Assembly: GCF_036321535.1 (NCBI RefSeq)
Contig: NC_087437.1
Coordinates: 96,908,001 to 96,972,000, forward strand
Direction: 5' to 3'
Source of the DNA: Camelus dromedarius
Lineage: Eukaryota
Length of the DNA stretch: 64,000 nt
The notes under the pieces were generated by a model. That model searched no databases and was not told the DNA's origin. It was given only the letters and a program-made list of their open reading frames with translations. Of the stretch, positions 49,480 to 62,374 are shown one piece after another. Each line of letters opens with the position of its first letter. The first letter of the stretch is position 1. Made by a program: the position numbers and the translations under genes.

Positions 49480-50170
49480 CTTAGTAGACCTGACCCATTC
49501 TCCCATTTATAAGTAACTAGTCAAATAGCCATTACTGATTTGAGCCTAAACCGATTATTGAAATTATTGCCCATAGACAGCGTGATTGATTGGGGAACTG
49601 GCACTTGATTTAAGATTACCTAATCAAAGAGGAGTGCAGGACTTGCGTTCTAAGTTTGAGGGGAAAATTGGCTTTGCACGTGGCCTGGATTATGTTGCCC
49701 CCATGGCTCCTGGCAGCCATGATACTCTTGTGATACCAAAAAGAGTCTGTCAGAAAATATTACCTGACATAGGATTTTTCTAAAAGAATGTGCTAATAAA
49801 AAGTGCATAATAATTTGCTGGTATCTCAGCATAACATTGTTGGTCAGAGAGCTGATTTTATTTAGTTGATATATACCCCTATCCCTTGGATCTCATCACA
49901 AGGTTAATTAAGGAGTTAAAATAATTTCATCATGCAGTGAATGAGGGTATTGATTTCGTGTGTGTGTTCTAAAATAAATCCTTTTTAAGAAATAAAAAAA
50001 TTGCTGAAGTTAAGTGTTTATTCAGTCACACAAATAGAACAATAGTAAAACGAAGGTAATTCTAATGTGGTGTGATATCCTTATAAAAGGCTCACTGGTT
50101 TCCAAAGGCTTACATGAAAATCAGTCTTACAGCTGTAATTAGCCACCTGGCATAAACATTTTTACATGTC
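49480..50170. promoter_or_regulatory. Putative enhancer / conserved non-coding element
   Basis: TGATTGATTGG 49583, CACTTGA 49602, ATCAAAG 49623, CACGTG 49677, CTGTCA 49747, CATTGTT 49835, TTAATTAA 49904; TE-free. Confidence 0.45.
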
Positions 50171-53099
50171 TTTGTAAACTTTATTTAGGATGGGGTGGGA
50201 GAAATATGGTCTATGTCCTCTAAGAGCTAATGGAATTTTAGTTCAGAGGGATCCTGAGTATATTTCTTCACATAATGCTTTCAGCCTTTATATTTCCATT
50301 ATGTGTGTGCCTACATGTTTTCTTGCCCTGGCTAGAGTAGTTTAAAAAAAATGACTATTTTATGCAGGTGGAACACAGACAGCTTTTACCTATGAAACAT
50401 TCACTTGCCTAAATTTTAAGAATTCAGGATTTAATTCTGACTGAGATCTGACCATCAACTACCCTTTTCACTTTTAGAAATACACAAAAATTAAGTGAAT
50501 AAGGGAGTTCTGTGGAATGCCTTTCTTAGATAATATATACAGAACATCTACATCTTTGTACCCAGCATATCTGTTGATACACTTTGGCCGGAAGAATTTG
50601 ATCACTGTCAGGAATCTAAAGACAGACCTGCATATCCACTGTCATGAAGGCATCACACTTCCATATGTAATGAAATTATTTACTCACTATCTGGTGCCTC
50701 AATAAGCTAAGAAAAATAAATGTTTTACCAAAAATGAACTATATCACATATGAGAAGTTACATCAAATCCTAATACATCATCCACCATTCACAGATGAGT
50801 ATATTTGTAACTCTTATGTACTCCTTACCCTACTACACAGAGGCATAAAAAGAATGCTATTCACCGCTCAGTCCCCTGAAGACTAAAACTTGGACATTCA
50901 GAAGAAAAGAATAAGAAATATGATGTCATTCCAGCTTGGATTTCTGAAATCCCCAATTTCTCTGAAAATCATTTCAGTTTATAATTTTTTTTATCTTGAC
51001 ACTAGGCAGTCATGCTATGAATTTAAGTTTTAAAAACGTTAGAGATAAGTTAATATTCATATAAATAAATAAAAATATGTTTCTGGCTCAGTTCTATTGT
51101 AGTAAATATTAGGCACATGTACTACCAAGGAAGTCTTATTGTCAAAGACTTGTAGAGTTTATCTGGCTACCTTAATAAAGTGAAGATTAGGCACATCAAC
51201 ATTTAAAATCTTGGCACACAAAATTTAAAAGTTTGGAAGTCCCATTAGCTGCTTTTCATTAATTATTACTTACTCATCAGGTTCAACTTTTTTTTACCTT
51301 CTCTTTATAATTTTTAAAAATTGAAAATTTCTCCCTGGACTTGAGTTAAACACATTTGGAAACAGATAAACAAGGTACTTCTGGTGGAGACCAAATTGCA
51401 TTTCAAATATTACTTTTAATGTCTTGGCCTATAAACTGAGTCCCCAGCAAAGTCATGAGATTAGGAATGCCCCACAGAGAAGAATACACTAAGTGGAACT
51501 AGCTAAAGAGGATTATAATAAACAACAGAGCATTTATAAAATACTGTCAGAAGAAAACCACTGGGTTTTCAATACAGTTCGCTAGTTCAAAGGGTTATAC
51601 TTCTTCAAAATGACCAGGATAAGGCAAGAATATTGGTACAATAACGATTCTATAAACACCCAAAACAGAATAACCCTTTTGTACATGTAGTTATTTAATT
51701 ACCTTTTTAAAAGCCAGATTTATTACAGTAAAATATATTTCAAGGAAATTTATAAAAACAGTCTTAGAATGTCATGTGATTTATATGAAGCTTTATGTTA
51801 GCAATAATTTGGTATTTTTAGAAAGCAGTATATTTTAGGTTTTCTAAAAGCCCTGGTAATTTAGTTCTCAAAGATTTTCCTATAAAAGGTAACCTAGAAA
51901 TATGGGTAAGATACAAAATGTCACTAGTATAGCAATTAACATCCATTAGTCATGGAAGTCAGAGCTTTTTATAAATGTGAATTTGTTTTACTCTTCCAGG
52001 TCAGAAAATAAACCAACTAAAGATGCAATCAAAGCATTGGTCAAGCTTTTAAAATAAAGGTCAAAGCGAACATTTCCTCAATTTATGTTCAGTTCTTTGG
52101 GGTGTAAGTTACTACTTTCTAAAGAATGAGCCAGCAGTATGTATCTCATGTGGACTACCTAGGTCAGAAGAGAGGGTAAGGTAGCAGACAGACTACAAAT
52201 TTCTTCCAAGTTTGTGACAGAAAAGGAAATAATTTACTTTGTTCCCAAATTCCTGCATTCATTGACACAGAGTTTGAGTTTTTCTCACTGAGGACATTTT
52301 CTCCTTTTTATGTTATTGAACTTGTACAAATGTATCCTCTTTTGTATCTTTTATGATTCAAATCAATAAAGCCATATAAAACTCTAAGCCAATTGACTTC
52401 AAGTCAGAGACGCATTGATTTAATGATAAAGTCGTTCCTTAACAATAATTTTCCTTACAGTATTGCTATTGTTCGGGATGCAGAGTTGTACAGGCAAAAG
52501 CCCTACAAAAATGTATTCTCCCTTAATTTTGAAATGACTTAAAGACAGTATTTTTTGTGCTACAAGAACATAATTAATAATTAATAAAAATTTAGTAGAA
52601 AAATTAAAAATGGGAATAATTAATTTTACATAAAATATATTTTTTCTAGCAGTAAAACTTAGCATTAGGAGTATGTTTTATTTAAGGTATTATTTCAAGA
52701 TCAGTGTCAGAGGATTTGACAGAGAATTTCTGGACCTTGTCCATTTTTGAGGTATATAAAGCTGAACTAGGCTCTTATTACTTCCACAACCTACTCTTAC
52801 CTTTTTCACAGTGGATAACCTTGCTACCCACCTTAATGAGAAAATATATCACCAATGCTATACTTTTGCTAAATCTGTACCTAAAATTTCTCTATGTTTT
52901 GCTGTAACATTAGAAGTATCTTACCAAGTCAGTTCCTCTACTTACAGGCTGAATCCTCACCCAACTTCCTTTTCAGGGACTGTTAACCCTATTCTGTCCC
53001 AACTTTTCCAGTCTTTTTGAACTGCACCCAAACTCTTACAAACATGTAGTAGCATCTCTCACTTTTTAAAGAGAGGAAACAATCAAGAAATAAATAAAA

Positions 53100-53600
53100 A
53101 TAGCAAAATGAGCCTAATCCACCTACATCCACATCCACCTCAAGCTTTTATACCATTTATTTCTCTTCTTCACAGAAAATACTTTTCTACAGAGTTGTCT
53201 TCATTTCTTCCTTCTCATCCACTCATCTACATCATTCTAAAATTTATTTTCAGCTTTCTTATTCAAACTATGTTTATCAAGGTCATCAATGACCTCTATC
53301 TTACTCTATACAAAGACCAATTTTCTCTCTTAGCCTGGTGACAATTTTGTCTCCCTCCCTTTCCCTCAGTGGGAAGTTGTCAATGTCTGGAGGCATTTTT
53401 GGTTGTCAAAACCGAGGGTGTGTATTACTATTGGCATCTAGTGGACAGAGATCAGGAGTGGTGCTAAACATCCTGTGGTGCATAGGACAGCACCCCAGCA
53501 CAAACCATTATCTGGCCTCAAAGTTCAATACTGTTGAGGCTAGAAGCCCTGAACATCTCAACCTTTCAACAACATCCCACAGTTGAAAACACTTACTTGT
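53100..53600 (+). mobile_element. L2 ORF2 fragment interrupted by MER20
   Basis: tttatcaaggtcatcaatgacctct before MER20, and ctcaacctttcaacaacatcccacagttg after it. Confidence 0.7.
53325..53551. mobile_element. MER20 (hAT-Charlie)
   Basis: caatgtctggaggcatttttggttgtca...ggcatctagtggacagagatcagg...tgctaaacatcct...cattatctggcc...gaagccctg. Confidence 0.93.
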
Positions 53601-55744
53601 TATTTGTATCACCCACAAAGAACATAAGCCTAATGAGTTCTTACCTTTCTTAATTTCATTGCGTGCAGTGTACGCAGAAAAGCGACTTGCTGCAGATTAG
53701 GCAAGCAATGTCTGCATTTCATCAGTAAACTTCTCTCACGTGATTATTGCTTTTTAAGTAGATTGCTTTTTTAGCAATCTACTTCAATCCTAGACTAAAT
53801 GGTAAAATAGATTGGTTTCACCCTTGCAAAAGAGTTTACCTAACTTCAACTCGTCATACTGTAACTTCTCAAGAGCAGTTTAAGGTAAAGTTCTTGTTGT
53901 TTCACATCCTTCCCTTCACCTGTATGCTGAGAGACGGGATGAGAAAACGTGTAGACTCAAGGCTTCTTTAGAGAATAGAACTCCATATAGCTAAGGTAAG
54001 ATAGAAGGTAGCTTGGGTTCAAGTCTGTAATTACTGATATTTATGAGAATTTTAGGTGATTTTAACATTTTAGGCTAAATAGGCTTTTTTTGAGCTGGTT
54101 AAGAATCTCAATCACTATTTAACATTCTGAATTCTTTGTTTAATTGTTTCATATGAGGAAATGAATTTGTCTCAGAAATAACTCCCAAATGGATTTGTGA
54201 AAATTATTCTTTTGAACATGGAGAAGTATCTACAGTAGAAATCACAGTTTTGTTGTAGATGATAAAAACAATGTGAACGTCTTTCTCACTGCAAATTAAT
54301 ACAGATATAAATAACACATGGTAAAACAATTATATATAAATTTCCTCTAGAAGTGAATTAATTATATTTCAAAGAGAAAAAAGCCATTATATTAGTTTCT
54401 AATATGCAAAATATGTTTATAATTATTTTATGTAAAAGTATTTAATTCTTAACATCAAATTTTTAAACTTACATTAATCTTCATTCTCTGTCATTCTCAA
54501 TAACAATTCAGAGCCTGCTCCTGAGAAAGAGTTTGTGTTATGCACATTGTGGGAATGCACACAAAAGCAGGATGAAGTATGCTGTAACAATGAAATATTA
54601 CCATTCCTTTCTGCCTCACATATTTTAGATTACCATTTACTGTCGACAATATAGAAAGGTACTTTCTTTAAACAGTAAGTTTTAAATTCTTGCTGAGAAC
54701 ACTAGTAAACAGTAATCATTTTACCTTAGACTCTACAATTTTTTTTGTTGATTCAGTATGCAAATTATATTCTTCAAGTTCAAAATAAAATAGGTTAAAT
54801 CACACCTTTACATAATGAGTCTACATTACTGTTCTTAAGTGAATTTTCAAAGCCCAGTTTACATTAAAAGATGGTCAGGTTACATTTGAATCGGCACTTC
54901 TACTTATCAGAGTTATTAATCACTACAAATTTTCTTTCAGAGATACTGCAAAGTCTACCTGTATCCACTGGAGCAAATGTTCCAAACAAAACGTTTATCA
55001 GTGCAAGAGGTATTTTTTTCTTCTGTATAATCAGTTTTGTGCATAAATTTGCCTCTCCGTACAGAGGACTTAAGAACATTGAACAGCCCTTCAATGTGAG
55101 TGCACTGAGCATTTGCAATGTGAAAATGCTGAACACCACACAAACTAGGACAAAACTAAACTTTACCCACTTAATGTTCAGTGTGTATGGAAATGATTGC
55201 AGAGAATTTTTTAATTTGTGTTGTTACTTAAGGAAGAAGGCATCAGCAACAAAACTGCTTTGGCTTTTTGAGATTCATTTGATTAATGAGGGAGGATAGA
55301 GTAAATGAATTAAGTCAAGGGTTTATTTTAAACATTATTTTTACTCTTTTGTGGTATTTGGAGGCTGAGCCTTGTTTATGTGGCTCTGTGAGGAAGCGTT
55401 ATGGTGTCTTTTTCAGATAGCCAAATCTTAGTCCCCACTAAATGGCAATTTTACTTGTTGAGGTGTCTGTAAGTGGTGAGAAGTGACAACTTCCCATAAG
55501 CTGGTTACACTGACAAAGTGTCTTTTGAGGAGGACACTTGAGGAAAGTTCTTGGCTGGGTCCTATGGACTAGATCTGAGCCCTAGGAAGAGAGAAAAATC
55601 AATTTGTTCCAAGTAGTTTCATTAAATTATCGGTTTTCTAAAGGAACATCACCAAATTCATGAATTGCTGGTTTACACCTTTAAAAATGTAAAAAAAAAA
55701 AAAAAGTAAGAATTTTAATTAAACAGTTTAAACAGTTTTAATAA

Positions 55745-55880
55745 CATGGGCACCAAACATCCCAGTTTACCTGGTATGGTCCAGGTTTAAACCTGTTTTC
55801 TTTAGGCAAGTATTAATAGTGCCCCCTTTTATTTTAAAAAATGACCCTCAGTTGGAAGATAGGCTATATGGCTGTTCTAT
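55745..55880. mobile_element. MER94 (opposite orientation to the 36286 copy)
   Basis: catcccagtttacctgg...tccaggttt...attaatagtgcccccttt. Confidence 0.7.
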
Positions 55881-56089
55881 TTAATAGAAATATTTGACTC
55901 TTACTACTGATGGGAAAAAACACTATTTCCAAACGTTAACATGCTACTTGAGAAATTTGTAAAAGAACTCTAAAATTTCTAAAATGCAAGCAATCAGAAG
56001 TTAGTAAAAATGCAAACATTCCAGGATGAAACAATTTTTTTCATTTACTAATATTGATAGCTATTAAACATTCTTGTTACAGACTTTAA

Positions 56090-56260
56090 AACCAGTTACA
56101 AAATAGCTGAGTGACTTGGACTTGTTACCTAAGCCCTTTATCTGTAAAACAGTGATAGAAATAATGTTGTGAAGAGAAAACAAGTTAGTTTACTATAAAT
56201 TTATTCTAACATGCCTGTCACACAGTGCTTTACTTGACTTAGAAATAACTGTTAATAATA
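56090..56260 (+). mobile_element. MIR
   Basis: tagctgagtgacttggac...tttatctgtaaaacagtgata...tgcctgtcacacag. Confidence 0.65.
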
Positions 56261-56969
56261 AATTGGAAGATTTGGAAAAATTAGTGAATTAATGTTTAAT
56301 TGAATTGACTTTAGGAAATATGTCTTCTAGCACATTTATTTTTCAGTACTTAACCTACAGTATGTACAGCATATCCCTAGGGGTTCACAGAAATAACCCT
56401 AAGAGATGTCAAAGAAAAGGCAACTGTATGAACCAGCTCATTTGAATTTGTACAGTTAATGTAACTACATTTGTTTGTATCCACAAGCTCTTGAGATTTA
56501 GGGAAATCTGAGTTTCTCTATTGTTCTTCCCTTTGAGTAAGAACATAAGCCTGGATTTAACCAGTATTCACAGACAGTTTTCCAGGTTTAAATAGGTATT
56601 TTGTAAATGAGCATCTCTAAGCCAGTGAATACCTCTCTTTCCCACATAGAAATAAGCCTTCTAGGCATTTCCTCATAGATTTTAATATAGAAATAGAGTC
56701 AAAATATGCTTCTAGTCCCCTGGGAAACTTTTCCTTCTTCTTCAAATACAATGTTATCAGTATGCCTGGAAGTGAGCAATTCAGGGCCGTCAGGAAGCAT
56801 ACACAACAACTACTATACCTGGTGTGCAGAACAGCTTTGTATGTTAGACTCACCATAAATCTCAGAGATCGTGTGCCAGTGCATATTAGGAAAAAAAGCA
56901 AAAGATATTCATTGGCCATATGTACAGGTATAAAATCTATTTGCTAAATTAAATTGCCATTCCATCTCC

Positions 56970-57812
56970 AATCTGTCTTTTCTGGCCATGCTACAGCTGA
57001 TATGTCATTTCAGTCCTCATCATCACTCATCAGACTACCTCATCACTTACTAAAGACTTTCTCCCTTCCTTCCTTCCCACTTTCCTTCCATAAACCATTA
57101 AAAAAATAAGGGCCTTTGTACAGTAAGCGCTATTGAGATATCAAAAAAGTTAATAAAATTAGGTTCCTTTCCTAAAGAATATTAAAAATATATTAGAGGA
57201 AAGCAGGTATGTCAAGAATTGATCGTTTTCCTAGGTAGGTGGTCAGCTCTAGTTCCCATATCCTGTTCCCAACACCAACTATTATTTTTCTACAACTCAT
57301 CTCTGTTTCCCCTAGTTACAAATCTGCAATGATTACCCCAGAAGTTTCAGGATAAATTCAAAGTCCTCATCACAGTATAAGAAGACTTTGCAATCTTCTT
57401 TCACTTATCTTTCCAGCCTCAACTTAAGCCGCATCAAACTCTGTACCGGTCTTCACTCTTCTAAGACTTGCACATATTCTTTCTTTTTTCTGCCGAATTG
57501 TTCTTCCATTATTTGTAAAATTACTACTGATTCTCCAGAAATATTTTTGTGAATTTCTTGTTGAAATTTTCTCAGATTTTTCCCATCAGAATAAACCATT
57601 CCTTCCTCCCAGATTCCACAGCACATACTTTCATTACAGTATTTAAAATAATATATTATGATTTCCAGGTAATGTAATTGTCTCTGATAGGAATCTGAAA
57701 AAACTAAGAATCATTCCTTGCTGTGGGGAAATTTATTGCTTTTCCTCATTTCTGTTGCAATATTAATAGATAGCAGATGATCAATAAATATTTGTCAAAT
57801 AAATTAATGAAT
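56970..57812 (+). mobile_element. L2 3' region (with a short antisense L2-like piece at about 57060-57220)
   Basis: ttcaggataaattcaaagtcctc...gacttgcacatattc...tcaataaatatttgtcaaataaattaatgaa. Confidence 0.6.
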
Positions 57813-57899
57813 TCTATTCAAGCTTTTAGTAAGCATCATCCATATGTTACATTTTCCATAAAGTCTCCACCCAACCCCACATGCTCTCCTTGATATCAA

Positions 57900-58060
57900 G
57901 TCCCCATGAACTCATAAGACATCACCTAGTACTCTCTCCTAACAGTTGTTCATGAAGTATTAGAGAGAACTGTATGAATACCAGAAAGTGATGTCTTGTT
58001 CAAGGCTCTCTGACTAGTTAATAGTGAGGTGAGACTAGATTTCAGAGCTCTTCTTCCCAT
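57900..58060 (-). mobile_element. MIR fragment
   Basis: gaaagtgatgtcttgttcaaggctctctgactagttaatagtgagg. Confidence 0.55.
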
Positions 58061-59205
58061 ACTCCTGAGCTTACAAACTCCAAAGGAATAGGACTCAAAC
58101 AGAGCAAGAAAGTCACTGTTCTGTGCAACAGAAAAATTCCCCCAACCTGATCATTCAATGCTAGACAACAGAGAACAGTTAAACATAATATTTTCCCCTG
58201 AAAAAATGTCTTTCAAGGATTCTTAGATTCTTGCAACAATGAAAAGGAGTTCCATGGTACTCCTTGGCATTCATGAATTAAGGAAAGCTTCTAATAAACT
58301 GGACAGTGAGCCCCATTGTATAGTAACAGGACACTTGTTATTCATTGTTGAGGACTCATGGCCTCCAGGGCAGGTGTGGATCTCTGTCTACTTGCCCAGA
58401 TCATTCCGTTTTCAATATCTCTCCTATTTCCTGCTCTTCAGTATCCCACCTTCCATGTTATTTTCTCCTCCTGCCCACTTTTCCATGCTCAAGATACTCA
58501 TACCACATTGTTTTCCTCAGTGATCCCCTAATTTTCATTGAACTAGCAAAGGAAATCTAGTTATTTTCATTAAATCATAGGCATGAATATTTAAACCAAA
58601 ATGACAGTATTTCCATTCATATTTCATTTTCTTCATATTTAGTCATTTTTATTTTTACTGAAGACAAACTTTGATGCTCTTCAAATATTTGTTTTATATA
58701 CTCAGACTATGGAAATAACTCCATATCAGGTTATAAACCTCTCAAGATTATACTAATGGAAATGTTTTAGAAATACATGTGTACTCAACAGAAAAAAGAA
58801 TAGTACATTTAGAACATTTAAACATAAATATAAACACTGAAAGTAAACCTCACTATATACCAAATATTCTTTTTCTTTTCAATATTTTATTGTTTCATGG
58901 CTTAATCTTATGATAGCCATAAAATGCAGTTATATTAAACCTCAGCTGCCATAGGTTTACAGAATGGTTTTTTTTTAATAAACTGTAGCTGTTAGACCAG
59001 TCAGTTATCACAAAAGGGGAGAGAATACTCCCATTTTGCTTTCAGAGTCAATTTCTAGGGTAATTTTTATTACTTCATCTTAGAGTTTGGCTTCATTTGG
59101 AAACAGTCAGAAAATCTTGGTAACTGTTTTGCTTATTTGAGTTGAAAAAGACAATTACTCTGGTATTATAGTCAGAATCCATTTATAGAGTTCAATATGT
59201 TTATT

Positions 59206-60622
59206 AGAAACTGAACCCACAAACTTTTGGCCAACTAACCTCCGACAAAGGAGGCAATAATATACAATGGAATAAAGACAGTCTCTTCAGCAAATGGTGT
59301 TGGGAAAACTGGACAGCAGCATGTAAAGCAATGAAGCCAGAACACTCCCTTATACCATACACAAAAATAAACTCAAAAAGGATCAAAGACTTAAACATAA
59401 GACAAGATACAATAAACCTCCTAGAAGAAAATACAGGCAAAACATTATCTGACATACATCTCAAAAATGTTCTCCTAGGACAGTCTGCCCAAGAAATAGA
59501 AATAAAAGCGAGAATAAACAAATGGGACCTAATTAAACTTACAATCTTCTGCACAACAAAGCAAACCATAAGTAAAACAAAATGACAACCTATGGAATGG
59601 GAGAAAATTTTTGCAAATGAAACCGACAAAGGCTTGATCTCTAGAATATATAAGCAGCTCATCTGACTTAATAAGAAAAAAACAAACAACCCAATCCAAA
59701 AATGGGCAAAAGACCTAAACAAGCAGTTCTCCAAGGAAGAAATACAAATAATCAATAAGCACATGAAAAAATGCTCAATATCACTAATTATCAGAGAAAT
59801 GCAAATCAAAACTGCAATGAGGTTATCATCTCACACCAGTCAGAATGGCCATTATTCAAAGTCCACAAATGACAAATGCTGGAGAGGCTGTGGAGGAAAA
59901 GGAACCATCCTATACTGCTGGTGGGAATGCAGTTTGGTGCAGCCACTGTGGAAAACAGTGTGGAGATTCCTCAAAAGACTAGGAATAGACTTACGTATGA
60001 CCCCGGAATCCCACTCCCGGGCATATATCCAGAAGGAACCCTTCTTCAAAATGACACCTGCACTCCAATGTTCATAGCAGCACTATTTACAATAGGCAAG
60101 ACATGGAAACAGCCTAATTGTCCATCAACAGATGACTAGATAAAGAAGAGGTGGTATATTTATACAATGGAATACTATTCAGCCTTAAAAACCGACAACG
60201 CCATTTGCAGCAACATGGATGTTCCTGGAGAATGTCATTCTAAGTGAAATAAGCCAGAAAGAGAAAGAAAAACACCATATGAGATCGCTCATATGTGGAA
60301 TCTAAAAAACAAAACAAAACAAAACATAAATACAAAATAGAAACAGACTCATAGACATAGAATACAAACTTGGGGTTGCCAAGGGGGCAGGATGAGGGAA
60401 GGGACAGACTGGGATTTCAAAACGTAGAATAGATAAACAAGATTATGCTGTATAGCACAGGGAAATACATACAAGATCTTGTGGTAGCTCACAGTGAAAA
60501 TAAATGTGACAATAAATATATGTATGTTCATGTATAACTGAAAAATTGTGCTCTACAGTGGGATTTGACACAATATTGTAAAATGACTATAATTGAATAA
60601 AAAAATGTTAAAAAAAAAAAAA
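59206..60622 (+). mobile_element. Relatively young camelid-type L1, 5'-truncated: ORF2 C-terminal region, 3' UTR and poly(A)
   Basis: Track ORFs 59331-59585 ([17 protein letters not shown]), 59763-60077 ([17 protein letters not shown]...KCWRGCG...[20 protein letters not shown]) and 59876-60139 ([27 protein letters not shown]) are ORF2 C-terminal motifs split by a stop and frameshifts; aataaa at about 60596, A13 at 60610-60622. Confidence 0.98.
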
Positions 60623-61589
60623 GGACCTGAAAACACCTCTGGGTAATGAACAAAGTAATAAACAGATCTCTGAAAGGGAATGTTGTGCTTTTTAGTAGAG
60701 CAGGGTCAAAACTGATGAGCCAGAGCGCCACTAAATCACCAGCAAAGTTGACGTTTACTAAGAATGACAAGAAAATGCTCTAAATCCCAAAAATTTTTTA
60801 AAAAGGAGAGAGAGAAAGAAAGAAAGAGATAAAAAGAAACATCTTGTGTTGAATGGAATACTTTGAACAATGCTACCTTATAGACCAAAGTGACTTTTGT
60901 TTTAATGAAAGGGGAAATATTTTTAGCAAAATGCCTTATGGCACACTTTTTACAAGTAAATAATAAATTCTATATAAGCACATTTGACTGTTGAGTTACT
61001 ATTTCTACTTTGCATTCACATTTTAAAGGTAGGGTGAAAGCATTGTAGGTTGCAAGGATGAACTCCTTGAGAAGGGTTGACTATAAAGCCAGTTTACTGT
61101 TTTTCCAATAATTACTGGTCTCTAGGGAGACATAATTGAAATATATGAATTTCTAGCATCATGGTTTCCAGTGAAAACTGAGCTTTATGGAACTGACAAG
61201 ACTAAATAAAAAGACATAACAAAAGAAGACCTCAATTTTATGATTTTAAAACAAATAAATAAACAAGGCCCTAAAAAATAGAATTTGCAAGCACATCCAG
61301 TATTATAAGAATTAACTTAAGGAAAAGATACAGGTCAATCAGGAAATTTAATAGACTTATTACTGAGTTTTAAAATGAACCATAAACCAAAGTCTTGCTT
61401 ATTTCCCAAAACATGAAATGTAACAATTCTTGTGAACAGGAATTTTGGTGCAGTAATAGAACACAATTACTATGCTAGTAAGGGGAAAGAAAGGTAACAA
61501 TATATTATGCATATATTGTCTTATCTCATGTATTTTCTTGTTACATAAAAAACTGATTTTGTTGTGTAATGCATCCTGGGAAGTAAGAG

Positions 61590-61737
61590 CCCATGCCTAC
61601 ATTAGGTGGGTTTGTTTCAGTATCTGTCTCCAACAGCAGGCCATGTGCCCTTCAGTCTTTATTCTTAGCAGGGTAGAGTCCAATACATACTAGGGATCAA
61701 TAAAAATTTGTTAAATAAATGAAAAATGAATGAAAGC
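61590..61737 (+). mobile_element. L2 3' end
   Basis: tatctgtctcc...tcaataaaaatttgttaaataaatgaaaaatgaatgaa. Confidence 0.65.
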
Positions 61738-62374
61738 TTACTGCTTAAAAGAAATTTGCCAAATAAAGATAAATAATGGGAATTTAGAGCAGCAGATCAG
61801 AAATCAGTACTTCTCAAATATTTCCATTTTGACCCTTTTGTCTTTCCTTGTTTTTCTCCTCTTTTTGTGTCCCTTATATTTTCATGTTTAAGGTCACTTG
61901 AATATTAAGCGGTGGTCTCAGGACTACCCAGATAAGAACCCAGATCTTCTGATTTCAATAACTTTATTCTTAGAACCTAGCAACTAAAACATTATAAATG
62001 TAGAAATATATAATGCATTCATATGTAGAAATATATAGCATAGCTTTTTCAACATTAAAAACAGTCATTTTATATTCGAGACTATGAATATGTGTATAGG
62101 CAATATTTTTAAAAGTCCAATTTTGACATTTCAGCTTTTAAGTTTAAAATAGACCAAAGACATAACCAAAGAATGGAATGTCTCAGTCATAGGAAATATC
62201 TGTTCCAGTTTATACATGCCAATCATAAATAATTCATTTTCTAATAACCCACATCTGAAAGTCTTTTACTACCCTCGAAATCAAAGGACTTAAAAATTAC
62301 ATAAGCTTCTTTTCTGCAGCTGTAAGGGACATCTTTTGCCTATGAACTAACAAAGAATTTTCTTTGGCTCTGGA

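Noticed and set aside
50079..50090. CArG/SRF box (CCTTATAAAAGG)
   Set aside because: Eight A/T between CC and GG rather than six
59204..60139. Longest ORFs (201 aa minus; 84, 104 and 87 aa plus) as a gene
   Set aside because: They are L1 ORF2 fragments and their antisense shadow, broken by a stop and frameshifts and 5'-truncated, so not a functional CDS
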